Part shown: piece by piece, positions 38,336 through 49,090 of the stretch
Numbering within the stretch: position 1 is the stretch's first letter
Layout of the letters: each line of letters begins with the position of its first letter
DNA from: Balanoglossus misakiensis
Taxonomy: Eukaryota; Animalia; Hemichordata
Direction of reading: 5' to 3'
DNA: 64,000 bases
Assembly (NCBI GenBank): GCA_040954595.2
Contig: CM082598.2
Coordinates: 2,666,001 to 2,730,000, forward strand
Position numbers and translations under genes: made by a program
Notes under the pieces: generated by a model
What the model was told of the DNA's origin: nothing
Database searches by the model: none
The model's input: the letters and a program-made list of their open reading frames with translations, nothing else

Positions 38336-39359
38336 CGCAACACCCCAGTCTTTATTGAGCGATGATTGATGGTATCGAATGTACGTTGACCCAATAGGTC
38401 CTTTCAAAGTATCATAGTTCCATACACTAAAAGTCGACGGAATGACTTGGTGGTGGTGTGATATCTATAGGACACTTCAGAGGAGGTAGAGCTTAAAACG
38501 TCCATGTTCAAGAAATATTGTGCAGATTCTGTGTGCAGTCTTCCCGTTAGAAGGTCCTGTCTAGTTCAGACAGTCCTGCCCAGCTGCTGTTGTCACTAGT
38601 GGAGGCCGTGTTATAGTAACACCAGCAGAACGTTTCGGAGGTAAACGTTTTTATATTGGGATCAAGACCAGTGTACTTCCAGGTTTAATGCTTGTCTATT
38701 AGAGAGAAGACTTTATCCTGCATTTAGCTCTGATGAGTTTAGGACTGCGTGTTAAGCTTTCGCTAATGTTGCTGTTCCTCGTGAGGGTGGTAGGCCTAAT
38801 AGACGTCCGCCTGAAGTCAATCACGGTGTTCCTTGTTGATTGAACAAGGAGAGTGTTAGTACAGTGAACACAATTAGCCCAGTCGTGACTATAATCTTAC
38901 ACCCAATCAACAGGGGATTGTGCAGAATCTGTTCGACAACCGCGCTGATCATCATCACTTGCCCTTTGATAGCCGAGGCCAAGAAACCTTTGGATTAGTA
39001 TAAATGCGGCAACAGTGATTCTTGTATCCGGGTCGGATTACCGTCAACCCAGTAGAGTTCCAGAGAAAGACCGCCATTGCGTCAGAGCACAGAACACAGA
39101 CAGCTGCCTATCTCGTTGACAGGGGAAAAATATTAGCTGTATCACCTGTGTTGTGTGGGTTTCCTTTGGGACCATACGAGGCAGGGCATCACGTGTAGAA
39201 TATGGAAGACCACAGCTGCAATACTTGTCAACAGCGGAAAGATATACGACCACTGGACACTTATGCTCTATGATGTGAAGCGCACTCTTACTTGTGCACC
39301 ACACGCATGCTATCGTGCACTTTATTTTGAAACCAGCCATGCATGCATATCCCATCCCT

Positions 39360-39546
39360 TTAAAGGGACAAAGTGTCTCTCTCGCGGCCCCTTTTCCATA
39401 CAAGACACTGTTTATGTTTATGTACATGTGGATATATAGTGAATCAACGTTCGACCACGCACAACTTCCATCCGGCTTGAAGACACTAGAGTGAAAAAGA
39501 CTCGCCAAAATGAATAATCGTTCTCTACCATTTATTCATTTTGGGC
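39360..39546 (+). mobile_element. Left half of TTAA-flanked (Kolobok-like) MITE
   Basis: Starts TTAA-agggacaaagtgtctctctcgc; arm is the reverse complement of the arms ending at 24457 and 48349; stops in the central hairpin. Confidence 0.75.
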
Positions 39547-40316
39547 ACCCATAAGCGCGATTTAATGAGGGAACAGTAACTGAAGACACGTATAATCCTC
39601 GCTGCTTTATATAAATATTTAATATCTTACAAGTCAAGGGTTCATCGCTGTGTTACTTTCTACCCGCAGGTGATTGCAATTCGGGGGTCGTGATTGAACA
39701 CCGCAAACTGTTCTGTTTCCTGTTAAACTCCCACTGGAAGGCGTATGCGATACGCTGGTTACATGACAAAATGTGCAAACAAACACGCCGCCTTCTGAAA
39801 AGGATGCCACACGACGGATAAAACGTTGCTGGCTGATATCCCCGGCGTGGTTCCTCTGAAAGCAAACGCTCAGGAAGAACTGCGAGCAGGAGAAAAGGTT
39901 ACCGGAGAAGCAACGTGCTCATGCGCAACAAACTCGCGAAAGCTATCTGGATGATTAGTCTTGTTAGCGAGGCGCTGCCAGCAACGATACCCAGACTCGT
40001 GTTGCAGACAAAGACTGTGGGGAGATCACACTTTTCTTCATCTGCAATCTGCGATCACCCAAAGGGCTCGTGAACGCGGTATATGAGCTTGCAATTATAC
40101 AGCGCATGTTTCTGGGTCGCGAGAAAACCGATCGGAACCGCTGAGCGGTAATTGTGCCTGTGTGCGGTTTCCACGGTTAAACCTTTTTTCATTTCCGTGG
40201 AACTTCAGCGAACCCGTCGCATCGGATTTTTTTATTCGCTGTTGACGAGGGATCATCACAGGCGCGTTGTGTTCCATTCATTTCCTGGAGCGGCATCCTG
40301 TGGCCCCCCGCGCGCG

Positions 40317-41846
40317 ATGGCGGCAGATGTGCCCTACGCCGCGCTGCAGCTCAGCGAGGAGGCGGCTTTCTACATGCGAGCGTATGAGTACCACTTTACG
40401 GGCCAGGAAGCGCTTCTGACGAGCGAAGGGGAGGCGGGCAGATACGATGGCCCTACAAAAGAGGAGGCCAGTGTCTCTTCGACGATGCCAGACGTATCGG
40501 TGGTAGAGACCACTCCAAAGGATGTCAGCGGAACTGCCGAATGCTCTTTGAAGCTTGACTCTGGTGATGCGGGCAGCACCAGATGGGAAGACACTACCTT
40601 GAGAATAAATGGGCGTGGCCAGGTAGATGCTTTGGTAGAACCTCACACATCTTCGATTCGGTCAAAAACAGACAGAGATCTCGATGCTATGGCGACTAGT
40701 GGGCGAGTGCAAACCACGGCTAACAGCACTGCAACGGAAATACCTAAAATCGGCGCTGGACAAACGTACACACATGGATACTACAGTAAAGGGAGCAACA
40801 ACAAAATGACAAGAAATCTGTCTGAGTTATCTCATTCGAGCGTCAAGAAATCGAGAAGGAAGAAGCACAACGAGAAAGCAGAGCGGATGACGAAACACGC
40901 TGCCATGGCAACAAGAGATACTGCGGAGTCTCTGGATCTAGAGCGAGAGAAAAATGAGAGCGCGGCTGAATATGTGGAACTGAAGATGCCTCCGCGACAG
41001 AAGAAGGCGTTGGCCAACAAGGTTTTTGAACGGGAGTTTAGAAATGACGGGGCTTTGGTGGTAATCGGCTCCCGGCAGCCTGCCTCCGTTTCCAAGGCGA
41101 CAATTCAGCCCTTCGAACGGAAGTCTTCATCTCTAGCCGTGGTACACCCCTTTGCGCCGAAATCTGGTGATGGAGATGAGAAATGGAGGAAGAAACAAGG
41201 TGTCGGTGATTCCATCGACTCGGCCGTGGCATCAAAACTAAGCCTTGTGTCCAGTCCCGGAAAAGGCGGTGGTCATCTAACTGTGTCCTCTGCTGAAGTT
41301 ATCGAATCGCACAGGTTTCAGAGGAAAGAGAAACCAGGGGAAGGAAAATGTTCAAAGAAATCTAAAATACGTACAATCAGGGAAAATAGTCAAAGCCCCC
41401 CAGAAAAGATGGAAGACGCGACCAAAAGTGGCGAGACGCCCAAAAATGGCGAAACGACCAAAAATGTCGACCTGCATGGAGACGTTCGTTTCCCACCAAT
41501 CGGCGATCGACACTGTCGTGTGATCGGACAGGCTGCCACACCGACCGCAGAAAGGAGAGAACCCCGCGGGAAAAGGGGTTGTCGAAAGAAACCTGACCCA
41601 CTAAGAAGCCGAAGGCCTCCAATCATCATCCCGAGCGCGAACGATGCCGAGCGGGACGACAGAACCGGAGTAGTTGACCAAAAGAAGAGAACTTCGCAGA
41701 AACACAGGATGAAGAAAGTCAACCCAAGTTCAACAAGTCTGCTCCTACAACGAAAAGCACACCTAGGCAACCACAATGACGGAAAAGTTGACATATCTGA
41801 TGAAGTTGAAGAACAGATACAGCGTCCCTGGCCTTGGGATGCATAA
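40317..41846 (+). CDS. Uncharacterized K/R/S/E-rich, probably disordered protein (509 aa from first ATG; frame open from 40152)
   Basis: 1.7-kb stop-free, GC-elevated frame in AT-rich DNA; ATG 40317 in good context (gcgATGG); no recognisable domain. May be the terminal exon of a spliced gene (candidate acceptor ending 40208). Confidence 0.65.
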   Translation: MAADVPYAALQLSEEAAFYMRAYEYHFTGQEALLTSEGEAGRYDGPTKEEASVSSTMPDVSVVETTPKDVSGTAECSLKLDSGDAGSTRWEDTTLRINGRGQVDALVEPHTSSIRSKTDRDLDAMATSGRVQTTANSTATEIPKIGAGQTYTHGYYSKGSNNKMTRNLSELSHSSVKKSRRKKHNEKAERMTKHAAMATRDTAESLDLEREKNESAAEYVELKMPPRQKKALANKVFEREFRNDGALVVIGSRQPASVSKATIQPFERKSSSLAVVHPFAPKSGDGDEKWRKKQGVGDSIDSAVASKLSLVSSPGKGGGHLTVSSAEVIESHRFQRKEKPGEGKCSKKSKIRTIRENSQSPPEKMEDATKSGETPKNGETTKNVDLHGDVRFPPIGDRHCRVIGQAATPTAERREPRGKRGCRKKPDPLRSRRPPIIIPSANDAERDDRTGVVDQKKRTSQKHRMKKVNPSSTSLLLQRKAHLGNHNDGKVDISDEVEEQIQRPWPWDA

Positions 41847-41913
41847 TCTTTATATATTCATATTCTGGGTCCCACCATTAGGGCGGCAGGCGCCAACCCC
41901 AATTACATTAATG

Positions 41914-41955
41914 TACATACATACATACAGACATACAGACATACATACAGACACA
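41914..41955. repeat. (TACA/GACA)n microsatellite
   Basis: Read directly. Confidence 0.8.
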
Positions 41956-44725
41956 ATATAATAACAAAATGAACCTTTCGTGTATTTTGACACTTCGAAA
42001 TTTGTTGTGGTCACAGGGGACTTTATAAAGATGTCGTTGCCTTTTTGTCAATATTCTAAACCCACAGAGTATATACGTGTCAGATCAGTTTTTTTTTACT
42101 AAAATGGAGGCGTGGATATCACAATAGAATTTCAGAATCAGTGACGGTTTCAGATAACTTTCCAGGAAAATCAATCAGAGAGATACAGCTCGGATGAAAA
42201 CTAGTGTGTCTATTGAACAGACCTCCGGGGCATTTTTCAGCAAACCGCGAAGCATAATCAGAGCTAGAAAACGTACATTAGAGAACTTGGTCCACGAATG
42301 CCAGAGTGATAATGGCTAGTCGGTCCGAATTTAACACGCCAGTATTAAGTCTTTTTTGAGGATGAAATTTCTCTTTACCGTTGGCGAAAACCTGGTGTGA
42401 CTTTTTCCTAATCGTTTTTAAAATTTTCTGCACAGTGTAAACTGTCAATAATTTAACACACTATCGAGATTTATGCTTGATATAACAAGTATTAGTAGCG
42501 ACAGAGAAGTTTTTGTGGTGATATTTTCCTGCAGTTGATTTTAGTGTGTTCGGTACAAAATATAACTGTTGTCATAAATATTGTTAATCAGTTTTGAGTG
42601 TGCTTTATTATAAATTTAATCATTGCTTTGCAATTGAGACATCTTCTCTGTTGTACATGGGTTCGATTCCTGTACTGAGGTTCTTACCAAAAATCAAGGT
42701 TCTTACGATTTACAGCCTACAAAGTCAAAACTACGTATATTAGAGGTTCTAGCTTACAAAGTCATATTTTTAGTCGATGCGATGATAATTTCCCATAAGC
42801 AATTATCGTAATTTATCTCTCCGATATCATCACGTTTGTTTGGGAAATGCAGTATTTCATTAAAAACAGATAAATGTACTGAAAATGTAACCAGCAAAGT
42901 GTTCAACCGTGTTGACGTAAAGCGAAACAATAGCGACACCAATGTTAAGCTAAGTGTTCAACCATTCATCCTGGGTAAAACTATCATTTCTGGATCAGCT
43001 GTACAATATTAGTGTTTGGTTGTATTGTTTATAACCATGACAACAGCGATATTGAGGACGAATCTATTTCTTGACCTTTTCGATTTTGGATATACTGATC
43101 ATTTTTATCGAGCGTTTCGTTTTACATTAGGAATTGAAAAAAACGTGTCTTATTGACTTGAAACGGTAATTAGTGTATCAAGGCTGGTAATGGATAGTGA
43201 CAATATTGACAAGGCGTTCGTAGGGTCCTCTCATGTATCAGAATTCATCGTTGAGGAATTGATCATTACCTCTTCTGATAATGGAAGCTTCCACAAAAAT
43301 ATACCCTGGTCAATTGCCGGAAGTCGACTCAGGGGGGAGATTTGTGAGAACCATGGTTGATTAATTATTGTTGCGTTGTGGCTGTTCGTTGTGGAGGCGT
43401 GCATAATCCACTTCGGGTCTCACCAACATCCGATTTCAGGTGGATTCGGTTTGCAAGGCATGTACGCCATCGACGTGTTGATTCGAGTATCTGCTCGCTC
43501 GTACAGGTGGGAGTGAATTTTCAGCCCTGGTCGGTGATTTCACGGCTGTTCTTGGTCAGTTATCCGCTCCGGGCGTCGAGTTAAAAATCCAGCGACAGCA
43601 GCCTGTGTTCAGAGCTGAGACCTGTTGCATTGTGTTCGTAGATCTTGCTGTTTAACACGCTGTGCTGGATAAGTACACACCCATAAGTACCTGGGAACAA
43701 GAACCGAACCCACGCTCCAACGACAATAGTACGTGATGCGTGTCAGGATCCCTGTCTCTATGACAACGCGCGAGACAACAACGGCATCAGGTCGGTTTTT
43801 CTTTCTTTGGTTAACGATACGCACAATCGCGTCTGTTAAACCTGATAGCGGTGTGGAAGGGATGAACGAGCAGTCTGTCTCTGGTTAAAAACCGTGTCAT
43901 CCTTTGGAATGCGGATTGTTTTACTTTCACTGAAGGACAGTGTGTTATTGTTCCTCACATTTATCCATCTGACTCTCTGACTTCTCCCCTCTCTCTTTCT
44001 CCCTCAAACTCTCTCTCCCTTCCTCCCTACCTCCCCCCCCTCTCTCTGTTGTTTTATACACGTTCACGCCTCTGTAGGCCGAGATCTGGGTTTGACATCA
44101 AGTCACAAGGATCTGCTATATTTGATGAAAGATTTCAATGTTCAGTCCCAGACCAGAGTCGGTAGCTACCTTTTCACGTGATGGCGTTGCTATGCGAGTA
44201 AAATCACGCTGGCGTTGTTTCCAGGCGCCAAGAGATAGGACGCGGCATTTCAATATTCAGTTGTTTATTCGAGTACGTAATGTGGAACAGCATTCCGGTC
44301 GGTTAAACCCTGAGACAACTGTCGGGACCAAAGGTACGGCGGGTGTATAGGTCATTCTGCCCTTAGCCAATTACGGCTGCACGTCCGAATGTACATAAAC
44401 GCCTGCGCTGGTCTGGAAACGTTAGCTGTTCTCCAGGCCAGGCACCAGGCGCTGAGAATCGTGATCTGCAGTGCCAACCGAAATCCCAGCGTAGAAAGAC
44501 AACCAAACGGCAGTTTCTCTCTTGTTTCTCGGGCTGTGCTAGACTGTCGGCATACGTGAGTTGAAACTATTTTAATTTGATTGTGGTCGGCTAGTTTGAG
44601 ATACGAGACAAATCTCGAGACGCAGGGCACGAAAAAAGAACGTTCAACGGGTCACAAGTGGCTTAACTTCTTAGTATGCGCTTCGGGTGAGATTTTGAGA
44701 AAACTGGTAGTCCTTGTGGGTTTTT

Positions 44726-44866
44726 CGGCAATTTTCAATTTCAAATTTCAGACAATTTCGCGCTCTCATGCAAAATGTAAACTTGGACCCCGATTTTTCT
44801 TCTCAATTTCAAAAGAGAATAATCTAAAGTAGAATTGGGGAAAATATGACTTTGATTTTCGAGGTG
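44726..44866 (+). repeat. Dispersed repeat fragment, second copy at ~51737-51885
   Basis: Shared blocks ttttcttctcaa.tt..aaagaga..aatctaaa and atgactt.gattttcgagg. Confidence 0.6.
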
Positions 44867-45319
44867 AATTCTACCCTTGGAACGATTGCTTCCATTCTGG
44901 GATCATGCAAAGCGAACATCTATCTTTTTTGACAAGAATTTTGAGTCCCATCGACAGGATATTTTCCTACCGAACTCCCAATGAATTCACGCAAACCGAA
45001 CATGCGTAGAACAACTTGCTCTTAGCCTAATACCAACGGAGCTTACACACCGCAAATACTGGGATGTATTCTCCGCAACCGATATTAATGTTTCTGTCGC
45101 AAGACTTCCTCCGTTGCCTTCCATTTGTTTGTCTTGGAATAGAAGTAATGCCACACTTATATGAAACTGCCGGTCGGAGGATTTCCGTTATTTGTGCAGG
45201 GATTGTGTGCACTTGTTGGGAAAACCCACCCCGCACAACTCTACAAACCCAACCCCACTTTGAAAACGCGAAATCCCGAATAAATTATGGAAGATTTGAT
45301 CTTTTTGCCGCGAGCATCA

Positions 45320-45375
45320 GGTGACGTCACAACTGCCTACTAGTCGTCACTGATACCGTTGCTACAGCAACGGCA
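45320..45375. promoter_or_regulatory. CRE plus RFX X-box-like palindrome upstream of the second orphan ORF
   Basis: GTGACGTCAC 45321-45330 and GTTGCTACAGCAAC 45358-45371. Confidence 0.35.
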
Positions 45376-46842
45376 AAAACATGATTATCGTAATGGAAAA
45401 AATATTCAATTCCATATTTTGATTTAGGCGGTTATCAACAACTCTAGATTATCAGTTTAAGTCGTATTTTCTTGCATCTTCTTGTTTCAATCCCAAACTA
45501 TCGCGAGTCGTTCGTAATCGAAATCTTCTAATATTCCCGTGTCCAACGTCAGAAAATAAACTGTTATATGACTTCTACCCCCAGCCGGCAATGCGTATCA
45601 AAAATTAACATGCGACATGAAACTTTTGCATTATAAATATCAATTTTTCCATTATAGTTGAAATCTTATCCAGGTAACATATCTATAACAGACTCCTTGT
45701 TCAAAATTAATTCGTGCTCTTACAAATATTCGCCCGTTGCGCGGAATAAGTGATTTCTCTCTCAGTAGTTCTGATTTTTTGTCAGTGTTTGAAATAGATT
45801 TCGGTTTACAATACTCCAAGTCGATATTTTTCAAGGCGTATTTATTGTACGAGGCCAAGACAGTGACGTCATGGTTGATGTGTGTTTTGTTTGTGTATTC
45901 CATCTCAGTCGAAAACATCACGTGACACAATAGAATAGTTTGGCTTTCATTGTAAATCACAAAACTGACTATTTTGGAACATTTTAAAAATGTACTCATA
46001 CTGAAAAATGATGATTAAAAGCCCAGTAGCGTCGCATACATGTATACATGTACTTTGTGCGATGGCTTGGGGGGGGGGGGGGGTGTCCGTAATTGATACC
46101 ACGTGACCGAAAAAGCCTCCAATCATGTAAAAGACAGGTGATTGGAACACGCTGAAATCAGGGATCGTTTCGAGCGCGCGTTGTCGTGACAACCGGACTC
46201 ATAAGCGTCAGATCGTGGGAGAGAATTGTGAACGACGGAACATAATGCGGAATACGACTGACGTCATTTCCTTCGATATCGAAAGATCAATGGTAATTTT
46301 TTCTTCAAAAGGAAACCAAATAATAATTTTGAAATCTTACGGAAATGAACTTTTTAGTAACTAGAAGCCAATCTTAAGTTCATCATCGCTGGTTTCTGGC
46401 AGAATCTAGTTGATATTTTTTTCAGGAATAGCAAAATGTTGCCTGTAACTCATGGCAATATAATCTTGATTATTGCTTTCTATGTTAAAGATCGAAATAA
46501 TTCCGAATAGACGTTCTACCCGTTTAAAGGATTTCTCTCTCCTCCCTCTCATCTCTTGCTATCCCCCCTCTATCACCTTTCTTTCCCCTCTTTCTCCCCC
46601 CCCCCCCTCTCTCTCCCACACGCTTTTATGTTGTTCTTCATTGCCAACACCGAGTACTGGAATCATTTTGCTGTGAAGCGCGTAACCAGCAAAATTGTAT
46701 TCCTATATTTTGGTTACTAGCAGGTCATTTTGATATTTGGACATTTCGAATGGGGGCGTTTCTATACATTCCCATCAGAATTTCCTAAAAGAGGCTTTTG
46801 TTTTTGTTCAGGATTACGTCATCGCTGACGTGGCGCGGGAGA

Positions 46843-48117
46843 ATGAGACGACAAATGCGCAGGCCCATTAAAAACAGTTGCCAGGGGAAACGAATCACTG
46901 CTTCTCTGAGTACTGTTGGTGGCGCCCTACTCAAAAGAGACCACAAACCCTCTGCAGAGACGATGCTCTTGACTTTGAATACAGGAAAGCAGTTTTGGGA
47001 GCCACGCCAGTCCTTGGTGTCAAGGCAACGCGACCACGCCCACAGAGGGACCTTTAACAGAAGCAAAGAGGACTATATCAAGCTTGTGTCATCAAGGGAA
47101 GAAAGTAAACATGCGATATTATCACTCCGTCCACCGAAGCCACTCGTGTTGCCATCGCACGCCAAAAGAAAAGTCGCCCGACCAACTGTTGATCCGCGCA
47201 GAGGACTGTGGGAAGGCTCCTTGACGAAATCTTCCATTTGGCCGTGCCTCTCCATCAATGGTTACCAACTTGAAGAGGTGGACATGCGCAGATTGTACTC
47301 AGATCCCACCGGTGCATACGTCCCCGTGGTTTGTTCAAAACTATACCCGGAAATTGGCGATAATTTGGAGATGGACGGAACTGGTGGCGAGAACAGAGAA
47401 TTGGCATCAGATGACGGTCCGTTTCCATCTTCAAGAAGTCTTACGCTGACAACTCCCAGCGAACAAACGGCGTTTCCATCTCTATGTTTGCCGCCGATAG
47501 CAGAAACTGAGAACCACGCCACCTGCGGCGTTTTGGGGCCACAGTACTGCCGTTCTTGCTGCGAAACAGAATCCCGGCAAAGCTTCGCCGAGAAACAACA
47601 GAAACAGTACCCGGATTTGCAAATAACCGAATTGCAGCCGTGGGCGTGTTGGCCACCTGCTCTGTGCGACAGACATCTCTGCGACATGGACACTTTGGAA
47701 AGCATAGCTGGGGCGCCTCCACTGGTAGCGAAACGAAGAACTTTCATGTCAAGATATGATCGTGTGTTGGGTAATTCCCCGCACTGTAGCGGTCTCCCGC
47801 ACGGAAGAAACTACGACCATGGTTCCAAATACGGTACCACTAGAAATGCGCCCAGATTCAGAGGCGACGGATTACCGACTTCCTCGAGATCGAATCCAAC
47901 CGCTGACGCGGAATACCCATCCACGACAACGCCCTCAAACAACACCGAGAGAATTCACAGTTCGTCCAGTGGTTACTTCACGATTTCGCCCTCAACTCCA
48001 AGGAGATCAAATCGACGTCTTATTCATGCAAATATAAATGACGAGCCACCACCTCCACCATGTTCACCGTTTGGGGAACACCGTCGAGGCAGAGAGTATT
48101 CTTTGAACAGTTTGTGA
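46843..48117 (+). CDS. Uncharacterized R/S/P-rich protein (424 aa from first ATG), single large coding exon
   Basis: 1.3-kb open frame preceded by a strong acceptor (tttgtttttgttcag, exon starts 46812); small Cys cluster (CGVLGPQYCRSCC...WACWPPALCDRHLC); no recognisable domain. Confidence 0.65.
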   Translation: MRRQMRRPIKNSCQGKRITASLSTVGGALLKRDHKPSAETMLLTLNTGKQFWEPRQSLVSRQRDHAHRGTFNRSKEDYIKLVSSREESKHAILSLRPPKPLVLPSHAKRKVARPTVDPRRGLWEGSLTKSSIWPCLSINGYQLEEVDMRRLYSDPTGAYVPVVCSKLYPEIGDNLEMDGTGGENRELASDDGPFPSSRSLTLTTPSEQTAFPSLCLPPIAETENHATCGVLGPQYCRSCCETESRQSFAEKQQKQYPDLQITELQPWACWPPALCDRHLCDMDTLESIAGAPPLVAKRRTFMSRYDRVLGNSPHCSGLPHGRNYDHGSKYGTTRNAPRFRGDGLPTSSRSNPTADAEYPSTTTPSNNTERIHSSSSGYFTISPSTPRRSNRRLIHANINDEPPPPPCSPFGEHRRGREYSLNSL

Positions 48118-48133
48118 ATGCCTTGTAGGATAT

Positions 48134-48349
48134 GAGAGTAAAAATCTCAGTCGCCAAAATGAATAATCGGTCTCTACCATTTATTCAGTTTGGGCGAGTT
48201 TTTACTATCATATCATACAAGCAGGATGGAAGTTGTGTGTGGTCGAACGTTGATTCTCTATATATCCACATGTAGAATAACATAAACGGTGTCTTGTATG
48301 AAACATAATTAATGAAAAAAGGGCAGCGAGAGAGACTTTGTCCCTTTAA
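48134..48349 (+). mobile_element. Right half of TTAA-flanked (Kolobok-like) MITE
   Basis: Hairpin plus arm ending ctttgtccct-TTAA; homologous to 24246-24457; begins about 16 nt after the ORF stop. Confidence 0.75.
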
Positions 48350-48997
48350 GTGGGCAGTACTGCTATTAACACTGAGACTGTATACGAGTGTGGGGAGGTT
48401 ATATAACGAATAGGTGGCAAATATCTTAACAGAAACAGTTTTGAACCCTTCTTGTTCTTTAAACCCGTCTAAGGACGATTTTTAAAAATAGTTGTGTATT
48501 TAAAATGAGACGAGCTGTTAGTTGAATTCATCTGTCCATCTTGATATCCGTCAGTATGTCGCTGAATGGGTAAAAAAGTAAAGAAAATGTGAAGATATTG
48601 AGGTCAACAACCTACTAAATAGCATTTTTTTTTAACTTGGCATAGCGCGGTGTACATGACGCGCATCGTGTTTAAATTAGGAGAGACATCTTATAGAACT
48701 CGTTTTAATTTCGAGCTAGCATCTTCGACGCTTTGACAGCAAACATAAAAAAAACAATCCTTGAAAATGTGCAATCTTGCGTGAAGGTGGATCGCATTCC
48801 TTTAATTGGCGCTAACTTGTGACATTTTGACTTTTAGCGCAGCGGATGTCACACACATTGATCTGAGGAATTCCTCAATAGATGCTGGGGGGATTAAGTA
48901 TCTTAGGATCTCTTTTCTCCAACAACATCATCGATTTGCAGGAATTCTCAGACGTCATCCTGACCTACGAGGAGAATGTCATCCTCGGGTTCAGCTG

Positions 48998-49090
48998 TTA
49001 ACCCTTTCATCGCCATGGTTTGGTCCAAACCCACTGTTTTCTATGGCAGGGTTGGACCTATACAGATGGGATTGGGGATGAAAGGGTTAA
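48998..49090. mobile_element. 85-bp piggyBac-like MITE with TTAA on both sides
   Basis: TTAA-ccctttcatc...gatgaaaggg-TTAA; related copies at ~15900-15982, ~22992-23078 and ~3183-3280. Confidence 0.75.

Noticed and set aside
35280-39300. Flanks of the foldback element look like decayed coding or retroelement sequence
   Set aside because: No long ORF and no RT, endonuclease or transposase motif recognisable by eye; needs a translated search.
40278-47747. Minus-strand and alternate-frame ORFs overlapping the two long ORFs
   Set aside because: Expected shadows of GC-richer coding sequence.
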